Assembly (NCBI GenBank): GCA_051362555.1
Contig: CM120646.1
Span: 15,624,001 to 15,688,000 of the forward strand
Length of the DNA stretch: 64,000 nucleotides
From: Lingula anatina
Lineage: Eukaryota; Animalia; Brachiopoda
Direction: 5' to 3'
The notes beneath the pieces are model-generated. The model was not told the DNA's origin. It searched no databases and saw only the letters and a program-made list of their open reading frames with translations. Each line of letters begins with the position of its first letter. Positions within the stretch are counted from its first letter, which is position 1. Positions 1-12,936 of this stretch are shown here, one piece after another. A program made the position numbers and the translations under genes.

Positions 1-3000
1 AAATCTTTGAGGTATATGATAAAGTATATTGGTACTTTTCTATACCAATGGATAAACCTATTTCCTGGAACGACTACCACACAAGATTCTAAGAAAATCA
101 CTTTTATGTAGCAAGTATGAATATTGATACTCGACACGCAATATGTTTAACAACCTGTGTGCGTTTGCAAATTAATCCTTCACATTAAAACATTTGGTCA
201 AGAACTGAATGTTCGATTTAGAAAGGCGACTATGATCCATTTCAAATTTTAGTTAACAGCTTGGTGATGCACCGGTTGACCCCCCCCCCCCCCAAAAAAA
301 AAACAAAAAAAAAAACCATCAATTATGAATATCTTTCTTCCAAATTGTTTATTAACATGGCTTCCTAGAAAACCACGTAGCCCCTTCTCAATACTTCAGT
401 CTCCAGTACATTTCACATAATATATTCCAACGTCTTGTTTTTCAAAAGTCGTACTCAAATTACCATAGAGCAGTCATTCGTTTACTTCACGCCGAATATA
501 ATAAGCAGGAAACTGTTAAGAACGAACCCAGATGTACAGATAAAGGAATCATTGGTGGACAGACCGTGGACCTCTTTTACAATATGGCGTCTCTCACATC
601 GACGTTAAATATCCAACACAGGTGACACGTTGATTACCTGAGTTTGGGATTAATCCGTTGCCGAAATCACTGGACAAAGGCCCCCAAGAGCCCAAGTCAA
701 CCTCGCTGACCGGGGGTCAATTATGCAGCGTCTTTAACTGTCTCCTTCACCGTAATACACTTTTGTGACAGTTGATTAGGTCGTCTGGGTTAATTGTATC
801 GAGGTATTGGGGCGACAGTGCTTTGGCTAATTATTAGCGAATTTGACTTAATTTAAGTGGGAGGGCATATACTGAAACAATGTTGTCGAGCCGGGTTAGG
901 CCGTTTGCTGGCATTACCATTATTCAGGGTTGCATTCCAAGTTTGCCCCTAAACAAATCCGTAGTTTATCCAAAATTCACCCTGAGACAATTTGGGTTAC
1001 CTTCCGAATACCGTCTCTGTCGGTTTCCTTGTGGTTCAATTTATAAATGCAGATTTGGTGAAATTGAAAAGCAAACCTCCAAACAGTTGACATTTCTTTT
1101 CTCTGCTTTCTAGGATTTACTCGAGAATTGGATTAATTTAAAAAAGAAAGAAAATTGTCCAAGTTCTAAGTTTTGTGTCGTTGGGGAGCACCATTGGAAC
1201 CTATATCTAATCATTTCATAGGTAAAAATGACTGTGGCCAAATTCGATTCTTAAAATAAGCTGGGTGGTTGATGTAAAATCATATTTCCTTTGTCTCAAT
1301 ATCACTTTTTTATTTCAATTTTATTTTTTGAGGAAAGGGAGGATTAATTCCAATGACATTTTTAACATTTGAGCAACACCGACACCTCATCAAGGTCTTT
1401 GACACGTCATTTGAAGTCGGTACTTGTCGCGTGTCGTATCCATTTTTCTTTATAATTGTGTAAGATGATGCATCTTACATCAATTTATTTGGAAGGAACG
1501 AAGACACATTTTAAAATCACACCTAAATCCCAGCCACAAAATTGAAATGAAGAGGTAGTTTCGTTTAATTTCTGCATAAATTTTGCCAAATTTCGTGACA
1601 AAATATTGTATACTTATCGTTGGTTGACCGCAGTATTAATGGATTTTTCCACGACTCTCTGCAAACAAAACTGTGCTCAAGTGATTTAAAGTCAGAACAA
1701 AACAAGAGTATCTTTTTCTAGATCAGCATCGTCTTCTGTAATGTAAGGCCTGATTAGATGTCTGGGGAATTTTGAAAAAAAAAAAGATTTAAATTTTCAC
1801 CAAGCTTATGGTCAGGACCTAAAATAAGGTTGTTGGAAAGAGAGATTTAAAAATACAAGAATATATTTATAAAAACCTACATCTAACAGTGTATGGAAGG
1901 TATCTTTCCTATAAGAGAATTTGTAATTGTTTTCAAGCTTTGTTTCTCCTCCTCTCTCTGTCTTTTCGTTTTAAGTTTGGCATACATCAAGCAACCATTT
2001 AGGATGATTTAAGTGTACATAAAGAGCACACTACATTCATTTATGACTGAAATTTCCGTAATATTTATTTCTTAATTACATGAAGAATCTTGGCCCATTG
2101 CGAAACAACTGAGTAGCAGGTAGACGAAAGACAATATCATTCCACATGTTACATCCTCAAGTTGACTCCGGGTATCTAAGGTGATAAATCTTTATTGATT
2201 TATGGCTGTCATGTAACTCGATAGGAAACCAAGAGTATAAAGCTCAATGCTACAACAGCCGATATATAAGCTGTAACTATAAATTGAACAACTACACGCA
2301 CACACGCGCGCGCGTGCACGCACACACACACACACAAGAGGCGCACACACAAACTGTAGACTGGCATGTTTTGGGGTAATTGAATACTTGGTATACCTAA
2401 TATATATACCTAGCCATGAAATAAAAAAAATTATATGACACTTTTTTATGTTATTATTTCGGTTTAGTTAGCTTTGAAAATGTCTGTGTCCAGGTCGTGC
2501 ACTTAGTTACAAAAACACTATAAGTAGAAAGTTAAAAGTTAAACACGAAAAAAAAAAGATAATTAAGAGCGTCAGCAAGATTAAAACCATTCAGATATTC
2601 ATCAAACATTGAAAGACGAAGTTATTTAGATCCAAAAGCACCCTCAAGAAAAATAGTTTTATAATGTGGAAGCTATAAAATGCTGTTCATATGCATTTGT
2701 TGCAATCTTTATTGTGAAATAGAGGTAATTAAAGGGCAAATTTTTGAAGAATTTCTTTGGAATACTACTGGAATACATACAGTCATTTTTTAATCAGGAA
2801 AGAAGCCCTGGGGCCTGTTTCAAAGAACAAATATAGACCGCTTAGCAAAGATTGCTAGGGATGTTAGCCGACTAACTTGCGGTTCACAAAGAACCGAAAA
2901 GACCTCTTATCTGTTTTTTCTTAACTTTTACCTTTAAATATTTAACTCAGAGGCATGGATGGGCAATATAAGAAAAGCAGCTACATCTTTTGTGGGCCGA

Positions 3001-4207
3001 TCGTTCGTAAAACTCTCTAGAACCAAACTCGCATGGCGTTTTTATCAATAATATTAGATCTCTCTTTTTGAAATAAAACAGATAAGCCTTGAAGTTACTG
3101 ATTCCGAGAAGTTTCAAAAGGAGTAGATAGCATACAGTAAGAACATTATCATCATTTTAGTGTTGTATTTGTTACAGACAAGTTTTTACAATATGCATCT
3201 TGCCAATCCTGTATCGTGTATCACATGCTGTAAGTCATTATACCATCATGCTATTAACGGTCTCTTGCAAAGCACTTCGTGAGGGCAAGAAGCGACGTTC
3301 GCGTTTCAGAATCGATTTGTATTAAATGTGCGAATCTTCGTCTTTCCCAACTTGAGAAAACGAAATAAACAGCCGGAATTATAGAGCATTGGAGCTTCCT
3401 TTGTTTGATTTCTGATAGGAAGGCATTAACTGGATAAATGCATAATAAGACTTCGTGTTGACATTCACCAATTTCTATCAAAACCCGCGTGAGGGGGGTG
3501 GACATTTCAATTTAGATTGTGATTTCCCGCTTTAGTGAGGATAACTTCATATGAGTAAATGTTTTAGTCACTCAGTAGAATTAGAATCAAGAATATATTT
3601 ATATCGAATTTTGGAACTCACGTGTTAAAATTCAACGGCAAGTTATGACAGTTATCGGTTTCTCTTTTAGCGGGATTTCAGAGCGATCTTTCACTTTAAT
3701 CATTAATCATTCTTTTTTTCTTCATTGGTAATATTTAATTACACTTTTCATTAAAAATTGTCCCAATCTATGGTTTTGCATTGGGCTGGCGAAGCAAGGC
3801 AAAAAAAATTTTTTCACCCCCCCTCCCCGTCTTTTCAAATGTGATTGCCAGACCCCCCCCCCCCCCCCCCCCGGCCACACATCTCTATTGATATGCCCTG
3901 TGCACGACTATAATGTATCTTTACTATGTACCCAGAGTGTAGATTGCTTCTTATGTAAAAATACCAGCATCTTGTTAGCGTGCCTTCCCTTGCCTGTTAT
4001 TGTTTATTGTTCAAAGTAGAGAGTCTGCATGAAATGATTTAGATATTAATATCAGCGCCATCGCTATTATCATTGAGTTGTATGTTTCTTTCGCCCGTAA
4101 ATGAACTTCAACAAGAAAGATAAAAATCTACATTTTTACGACTGCATAGGGAGTGGTTATTAAGAGGATAATGCGGTCACAATTCGGCCAACATGTACCG
4201 CCACTAA

Positions 4208-4422
4208 GACCCCATTCCCACAGATTTTAGATCGATCTATCCCTGTGGGGAGTCTCACTAGATTACTGTCAGCTTAGCCGGCTTAAATGTCTCTCCTGCC
4301 TAATAAAAGCTATAAGGGGGTAATTAACTACCGTGCGCGCTCGGCTGACTGCAATTTAGCGTGAACCCCCAGGGAGTTAGGTCGATCCGGATGGATCGAC
4401 CTAAATCTCTGGGAATGCACTC
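4208..4422. mobile_element. PIF/Harbinger (Tourist-like) MITE, copy 1
   Basis: Imperfect ~30-bp TIRs (GACCCCATTCCCACAGATTTTAGATCGATC ... GATCGACCTAAATCTCTGGGAATGCACTC), flanked by TAA on both sides (4205-4207, 4423-4425). A closely similar copy lies at 32294-32519. Confidence 0.72.
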
Positions 4423-6596
4423 TAAGACACACTTTTTATAGAGGCAGGCTTGTATTGCTTTATCAACAACCTTTTAACGAGTGTTGATGTACAGTGCATG
4501 ATTACTGAAAATGACAGAAAGACACGGAAATATTTGTCATTATTTCGAACAATTACTGAAGTTTAGACCAAACGTTTTTAAGGCATTGAATGATGATTTT
4601 ATTCTAAAAAGAATTTTTTAAACTACACGTTCAGTTTTGATTCATTTGGTTTCCCCACTTTTTAGGATTATCTCAAATTTGCATTGTGGTGAAGGAGTGA
4701 AGGATTATAACCTTCAGTAAAGAAACACGCAGTGAAACAAAATATCTTTAGAAATTAAATACATTTATGACCAGGATACTCTTCTTCACCTGTAAAACTT
4801 GCCATATACAGTTGAATTTTAATGAATTTATCAAAGTGATTGTGCCGGCTACATGATCCAAAGAAACTAGTCACCTATTTTAGCGTTAAAAGATTTTTAT
4901 ACATCGATTTTTCTCCCCTTTTTTATAATATCTGCTGAATTGCCCTATTTTCAGCGTTCCCACGAAATAAACTATTTGTAGCTCCAAATTGAAAGCAAAT
5001 AACACAATGTAACTTGGGGAGAAATGATCGAGAAAAGTAAGGAATCACTAATAATCTTAGGCATTCACATATGAATACAATAGTTAAATAAGCAAATGTC
5101 CTTTTTCTGGCCTGGCAGCGGTTAAGGAAATACCTCGTGTGCTTTTAACATACTTCGAAAGAAATACAGCGAGCGAGCTCTTTAGCTGTTTCCAGCAAAA
5201 TATCACCGAATAAAATGTCTATAACTATAATAGGTGGCTGACAGGCAAGTCCTCTGTCGGCCTATCAGTCGGATATATCAAAATTAATACTAAACATATG
5301 TTTCGATACGCTTGGTTTTCACCTTCCCTTTGACTTAATGTATATTTTTAGATACTTCTGATGGGACTTCACACACACGGCCATTACAGGGCCAACATCT
5401 ATTTAGTACCTTTACTGTTCTGAAAGAGTGACGGGGAACAATCTTCACAAGTTTCAACATGTAACTATCAAAAAAGAGAATGCAGAGAATTAAGAACGAG
5501 AAATGGTGGTGGTTGCATGAATACAAGTATGATCGATAGAGACCTTTTCCCTCACTGTACGGAATAGATCTGCTCTCGATAGCTGCTCAGTCACCAAGAT
5601 TGACTCCGGCATGAAAAAATAGAACAAATATTGTTATCATTAATATCATTATTATTATCATTATCATTATTAAAACAACGTGCATACTATATGTACTTTT
5701 CATCAAAATTTCTCGTCATGGGCACCCACATGCAAATACCCATATAGCATGAGACGTCTGAGTTTTGTCCACAGTTTCTATCGTCCTCGTGAAAGAAGAA
5801 TTCTTACAGACATAGAAAAAACATTGTCGTTATCCAAACAGATGTGATCTCCGCCTGTTCATCTTTCGTTGGCAGTTTAGTGGACTGCACAATCTGAGAT
5901 TTCTACGACTGTCAGTTATCTATATATCTATCTACATGCGATACGACCGTTTGAACCCACGGAGCAGAACGGTAATGGACGAAAAGACTTTCAAAATATC
6001 TTTAAGTTTTAATTTAGGCTTTGGATAAATTATGGCTTAATTTAAAAAAAAGGACAATACCTTCAGGCATATGGCATACAAATTATCCTATCAATACGTT
6101 TTTCTTTCCTTTAGCTCTTTCATAACGAAAAGGGACGCAGCCGTCAATATTTTCACACGTATTATTCCAACTGTTGTCCTATTCTTCAACGTTTTATGAT
6201 ACCTTCGGTACTGTGAGTATGGTTTTCTTGTAAACGGACATGTCGATGGCGTGCATCGTTTGAAAAGAACTGACTGGAGGATAGCATTTCACTGTGTTGA
6301 TCATTTGACTTCAGATTCCCTTTCCTTACGTCTTCTATCCCTTTTTTTCTGCTAAATATGAAAAAAAAAAAATTGATTTTTTATTTTTAAACAGGCAGTA
6401 AGTTGTCCAGAGGGGGGAGGGGGGCATAAGAAATGTCCAAAAATGTGATATATACACGAAAAATAATTTTAAAAAAGTGGGGAGAAAAAGTCACAAATAA
6501 GCAATTTTTTGATTAGGTATATTTTTAAAAAACCTTCAACGCCTCCCATTCGCTGAACATCAGGAGGTGCCTTGCTTCAAACGGCGAAACTTCACC

Positions 6597-6726
6597 ATGA
6601 AAATGCGGTTAAAATGGGCATGACAATGCTGTTAAAATGGGCATTTCGTAAAACATGAAAATGCTGTTAAAATGGGCACGACAAAAAGCATGGAAATGCT
6701 GTAAAAAGCATGACGTAAACCATGGG
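6597..6726. repeat. Degenerate minisatellite, ~23-bp unit CATGAAAATGCTGTTAAAATGGG
   Basis: Three to four visible copies plus partial units. Confidence 0.75.
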
Positions 6727-9700
6727 AGTGAGCCCCCTAGCACACACGCAAGTTACTCAAACATGACTATTATTGAGACATGCTCTGATAAGCGCTGGTC
6801 AGAACGACATAACTCTATGCTATGTATGTTAAGGAAGATCACGGCAAAAAGCGGCCTGGATCGATGAAATATCTATATGGCACCGTATGCTTTATGTACA
6901 TAGAACAACGAAAGGCATCCCTTTTTTGTTGCATCAAGTTAAAACCAAATTCTGTTTTTTTGGTCTCTACACTCCACCTTTATGGTTCCACATGACTTTG
7001 ACAATGACTTACCAAATAATACCCAAAGTATCTACCTTTTTATCGTTATAACATACCTCAGTTGTTCGTCTTCGGTGCTTTACTGTGTAATCAAGGTTAG
7101 GTAACAATCCTAAGAACTGTAAAAAAACAACAAAAGATAATATGAAATCATGTCGTGATCAAAGTCGCCTACGTTTTGTTTGCTTTAGCATTCTTTTTTT
7201 TTTAATTCTCCAAGATCGAAGTCTACGTTTAACAGAGTTCTACAGAGATCAAAAAAAAAAAAACAATGGTTCTTGTACCGCTTGTTTATAACTTATATTG
7301 TTTGGACCTAATCATTTTATTCATTTCAATATGTTTTCGATGGCTTGGTTCTCATACTAAAGTAAGGCAAATGCCTGAATAAATCAGTCCCGGTGTTGAC
7401 TGTACATGTACAGTAACATACGTTTTCGGTTGTGCGTCTTCTATTTTCCCTTACTTCAAGCAAGGCGTTCTAACAAAATTTTTTATATAGCTAAATGTTT
7501 GTCTGTAATGTTTACACGAAGTTGTCATCCCGTTATCTGGAACCCAACCAATTTGCCCTCGTTTACCTTATCCAGCAATAGGCACGCCACCAGATTTTTT
7601 TCCGAGACGTTGAGGTTTTTAAATGTACATTTTTTGTCGTACCACAAAAAGACATACGGCTGAACCGATTAAAAGCCCAAATCAATCGACTGCTACCGAA
7701 TTCTATCCGTTTTTTAACGCAAAAACGCCTGCCTTTAAAACAGCATGATAAAGAGGTTTTTATCCTCTTTTTCTCCCCGTCTCTTCTACTCTCATAATGT
7801 TGATACAGCTGCGGTGGTCCGTCATTGTACTCAGTGTTAAGGTATTTTAATAAAAAAACAGGCTATCGCTAACATAAAGGCAAACGGCTATATATTAAGA
7901 CATCCCCGATAAGACTGCAACCTTACACTGTTAATTGAAACGGGATACTTGTGGCGTTCGAATGCCGCAGAATTATGTTCTACGAACAAGAAATCTACAC
8001 TGTATTATAATTGGAAGGTATATGCAGCGGTTGTCAAGGACTGAGGATTTATAGCAATATCGACTTAACCGAGAACCAAACTGTGGTCCTAGGTGGAGCG
8101 TTTTGGGTTATATCTATTGACAGCTTAAAGCTTAATGTCTGAATTAAGGGCCCTATCGTTGACTTCATCATTAACGCGACTGACAGCGCGTTTTTTATGT
8201 TTTGAAAGGGTTGAAATTGTCCCACTGTATTATTTATATATACATTATTTTTGAACAGAAACTAATAGACAATCTATTAAGCTACAAAAAATGGTTTTCC
8301 TCTTAAAATATCTTATCACAAAAATAGACCAAAAACGGATGATTGCTTTTTATCATCTTGGTGATTGGTAATGTCATGCATTGCGTTACTGTATTTGACT
8401 TACACAAGAAATTAATATAGTCGGGGACAAATGCAAATTTGCTCTGGGATTTCATCATTTATTTGATAAACTGTGAAAATAAACAAATGCATTTTCAATT
8501 TATCAAAACGGAATCACAAATTCGTGTAACGTCTAGCAGCAATTTCTGTAAGACAATCCTTGTGTATAAAATGATCACAATTAACAGTATCATTATTGCA
8601 TGGCTTGTTTTAAAATACAGTCGGCACTGCTAAATTTTAATTCCAGTTTTTAAAATCTATCTATTATAAACACAGGTTATGATTTTAAACATGAACTCCT
8701 TCGGCGCTAGTGAATCGCGTTTATGATCCCAACTACATGCAAATACGTGCGAGATATGCACTACCGTCATTGTTGCCTGTTCTCTTCCTTCAGTTAAATG
8801 TTTGATATTTTTATATCTGCGACGAAAAACACCAGTATATTCTCAAGTAGTCTCAAATCACCGACTTAAATCAAGCGTCGTCTTAATTGCAGGTCACTCA
8901 CCGGTGTTTCTATGCGCTCTTGCAGAAGTCAGCTGGGTAACGACGACATTTGTGTGCTGATAATTTTTCAATTAGGTAAGTTTTCCAAACAATGTACCAT
9001 TTGTTTTAAATTTGATATCACCTGCCGCAATAGAAAACCCAAGTGAAAGGAAGGCAGCTTTACAAAAGGCTATTTTTATAAAAATGTTTTTTAGAGGGGG
9101 ATGCAAATTGACAAAGCAAGTAATTGATTAAAAAACAAGCTTACTTAGGTAATCTTTTCTAATTTTTTTCAAAAGAATTTAAATAAACCCCAGATGGAAA
9201 GGGGATTATGTTATTTTTATTATGATTGGTTGTAAATTGTAATGATTCTCTGTAACTTTTCAAAAACATTAAACCAAAGCTCTTTCCAGTACCCAGTGGG
9301 TTAAGAGTAATGTATAACAAGTAATATTATTGACTGAATTCAAAGTTGATAGAAATAGAACATTTTCCCCTTCTTTAAAATATTATAAAGACTGTATCAG
9401 AGTGTCCAAAACCAAGCTAAATATTATACACCGTAACACGTTTCCGTCAATTCTGAACTAAGCGAGGCAACACAGCCATAATTACATTATTTGCTGAAAT
9501 TTTTGCCGATAAAATATATCGTTCTATTGAAAGAATCTGCAAAGTATGAATTAAACTCAATGTAAATTGCAGGTTTTAGGACGTAACTTTCAGGGGTCTG
9601 ATTAATCATTTAGGGTATACTATACAGACGCTCTTTTATGAGACAATTACGTCTTGAAGGAGCGCACGCCTCCCCGTCCCTCCCCACATATTGACTGGAA

Positions 9701-10309
9701 ATGATGTATCGTGTGGGGCAGAGATGTGGTGAGGGGACCTCGTGAACCCCGCAGATATTAAAATGAAACCAAATCCGGTGCTGGGCTAACGACACCGCCA
9801 TTTCGCACGCAGGGGAAAGGCAACAATAGGCGATACCGGGCAGATAGAATGGCATATTGAAATTAAATAGTAAATATTCTAAGAATGAATCTGTCAAATA
9901 TTGAAAAGAGGCTTCGTGAGGCAACGTTTATATAACTTTAAAGCTTTCAAGTTTATTTGAGTGGTAGTTTTTAAACATCCAACATTAAAGGAGTAAACCT
10001 TTATTTAAAAAAAAACCAGCTTAGACAGCTTTTGGTGGCTGAAGATATATTGAACATAATTTTAGTACAAGTAGGTCCCATTCATAAAAGATATTTAAAA
10101 AACAATGTTATACAAACATAAACGCTCATGTTATTTACCATGCAAAAGTATCGTCCTTTCACTAAAAAATAACAAGAAAACAAGCTTTTTTTCCAAACAA
10201 ACTCTTCAATTTATCTGCACACGAGGGGTCAAGAATGGTGTCAACTTTCACACCGGGTCCATTTGCCACTCTTCCCCAACCGCGTCACCACCGGGCTCAC
10301 GAACAAATG

Positions 10310-10740
10310 AAATTCATCTTCTTCTTCATCCATAGCCATCCATCAACGAGACAATGCTCGACATATCGCTGTGCGTAACCCCGGCCCTGACAACGCTGTA
10401 GACGGTGAAGATATCGTATCAATCACGGGGACCGACCGACACCTTAACAAAGGCTGCAACCTAAGGTGTGACTGCCTCAGTGACTGCGCACTGAAAAGGC
10501 AACAACTCCATTTACCATGTCTTCAAAACGGGGATAGGATTTCGCTGCAGATTCAGGTGCTGATTTTTCTTTTTGTTTCGAGACAGGCTCGTTCATTACT
10601 CATGTCAACGACAAAGTGTCACAGCAAACCCCATCGCTGAAGAAACAAATATCGGGGTCACCGAACGACCGTGGCGCTCCTTTGAACCTGTCGCCGTTTA
10701 TAATTTCGTTGCTGTACTTGGAAATCAGAAGATTTCATCA
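10310..10740 (-). mobile_element. Highly decayed 3' fragment of an RTE-clade LINE (tentative)
   Basis: Minus-strand remnants YSNEIINGDRFKGAPR (cf. RTE YGEL-x-x-GKR-x-x-G-x-P) and CSLC*...LHRLQRC (cf. the terminal zinc finger), then CATTGTCTC..GATGG..ATGAAGAAGAAG resembling RTE 3' tails. Interrupted by stops. Confidence 0.35.
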
Positions 10741-11162
10741 CGACATCACAGCGGCAGATGTGACATGTTTTTCGTGTTCAAGAAATAAAGGTTTTTCAAA
10801 ACGAACAAATAAGGCAAACAAATAAATAAATTAATCAATTAATCAATAAATCGATAAATAAATAAATCAAGATTTGCAGTTGATGATTGTCGTATGTTTT
10901 CAATTTCTCATAAACGAAAAATTTCAACGGATGCCGTTGAAAAAATAATAAATATTCAAGATCATACACGGCAGCTCTTTTTTGCTTTATTTGGCCAAAG
11001 ACGAAAAGATTTTTCGCAGAACTGCAAAAATACCAAGGTCATGTAAAAATACCTTATTACAGTATATACTACCCTATAACGCTTAGTTTCATTATGATTA
11101 TATGTTCGAGTGGATGTTGCTGTTAGATCTTTGAACTGACAGGCTAATACATAACTAAAATT

Positions 11163-11225
11163 CAGGGGCGGATCCAGAGGTATTTTCTGACAGTCTTCCA
11201 AATTAACTTTCTTGATCCATCCTCT
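11163..11225. mobile_element. Tiny degenerate TIR element (CAGGGGCGGATCCAG type)
   Basis: CAGGGGCGGATCCAG at 11163, with a degenerate inverted end CTTGATCCATCCTCT about 60 bp later. Confidence 0.35.
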
Positions 11226-11550
11226 ATTTTGACCGTCTTCCGAGAGAAAACATTAGATACCAGTCAATGTAAACTTGAAAATCTGACCATCTTCCGGAAG
11301 ACCCAGAACGTTATAAGGGGGGGGGGGGGGGATGGTGGCCTCTTTCACACAAGCAAAAAACATTCCTGCTTTCAGTTTCACTGTCATCAGTGTTATGTTT
11401 GCTGTTCAGAATATAATTGACTCTTACACAGAATGAGCGTGGCAGTTATCCTAATATTTTTGTGCTTCAGTCATTTTTTGAAATTAAGTTAAAAAGTGAA
11501 CTGGGTTTCTTTAACTTTATATTTCCTTCTAATCATTGTACTGTGTTGCG

Positions 11551-11621
11551 TTATATTATATTATATTATATTATATTATATTATATTATATTATATTATA
11601 TTATATTATATTATATTATAT
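11551..11621. repeat. (ATATT)n microsatellite
   Basis: Directly visible. Confidence 0.95.
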
Positions 11622-11978
11622 TCCTTCAGTTATTTTTATTCATTTAATATTGGTATCTTTAGCAAATATTTTTGCACAATAGAATGCATAAAAATGTCGA
11701 AAGCTACGGCGCCGAGAATGAAAATTCATAATCCGCACTTTTCCCTCCTTGATGATACTTATCTTATTTTCGTAAATCTCCGTCCTATCATTTGATTTTT
11801 CTGTTCTTATCCCTGCCACTTTCTCCGCCACTATTTAATGCGAAGTCTGTATCAATTATAATTGTCTATGTACTATAGATATCATAATTATTGCTTTTAA
11901 TCAACATCATCATCTATAGGACCGGTTATAATTCAACGAGACGACATCATCCAAGGACGACGTGGTATAATAACAGAC

Positions 11979-12012
<34 letters not shown>

Positions 12013-12936
12013 TCTTTTTATGTATTTGCAGAGCTAGTGAAAGCAAAGACAAAGTTTACTTGCCAAAATGTCGTGTTCAAGCGGTGTACCTGCTGATGCG
12101 TTATGATGAACTTCTGTTAACTGACTGCATCTATTTTTTCATGAAATCTATTAACACTCAGCGGAGTCCCCTACGCTAAGCTCACACATTGAAATACAGT
12201 TTGCCATTTAGTTATGTATTAGCCTGTCAGTTCAAACATCTAACAGCAACATCCACTCGAACATATAATCATAATGAAACTGAGCGTGTGAGCCACTTGG
12301 TATATTCAGATTGTGCCTTGTTATTTAATCGACCGCTCCTCATTATATGCCATCAGATATACAAGGGAGCTGTTGCAATTGCGAGGTATTCATGGACCAC
12401 CAATCGCAATGTCGTCTTCTCAACTATCGTAATTGTTTTATGCTTTCTTTGCTTTTGCCATTGACATCCGAGAGATTGAAAAGACAGATGAAGACACTTA
12501 AGTAGAAATGGGAGATAGGAAGGGGGCAATTAGAGAGAGAGAGAGAGAGAGAAGGGAGAAAGAAAAAAGAAAGAAGCTGAGCGAGCGATCTTCCAACAAT
12601 AAGGCACGGGGATACTTAGTATTTATGACTTTAAAACGAAAATATTCAGTTTGAGAGAGAGAGAGAGAGAGAGATGATTTAGTATTTATGAAGTAAGTTT
12701 GGCGAAGTAAAGTGCAGTGGTAATTAACCTTTTATTTAAAAGTTTACGATTTCAGATATGTACAGATCAAAAAAGAAGAAAGTTTCTAAGGAAATATCGA
12801 CAGGAAAGTGACGTGCAACTGAATACAGCTTCTGTTGTAATCTAATGGTTTAAAATCTTTTAGTCAATTCAAACTTTGAACCAAGATGTATAAAAATTAA
12901 AAAAATAAAGTTTAGCGCTCGTGGTTAACCTGCAAA

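Larger units (their letters stand above)
11079..12287. repeat. Inverted repeat pair, 81-bp arms (11079-11159 / 12207-12287)
   Basis: Arms are reverse complements with 2 mismatches; this also shows as the same peptide FSYVLACQFK.LTATSTRTYNHNET in two opposite-strand ORFs. Confidence 0.9.

Noticed and set aside
757-785. CACTTTTGTGAC resembling part of miR-153
   Set aside because: The seed TTGCATAG is absent on the reverse strand and there is no partner arm for a hairpin.
6597-6726. Repeats with variable spacers that look superficially CRISPR-like
   Set aside because: Degenerate tandem units with irregular short spacers, eukaryotic context and no cas genes; it is a minisatellite.
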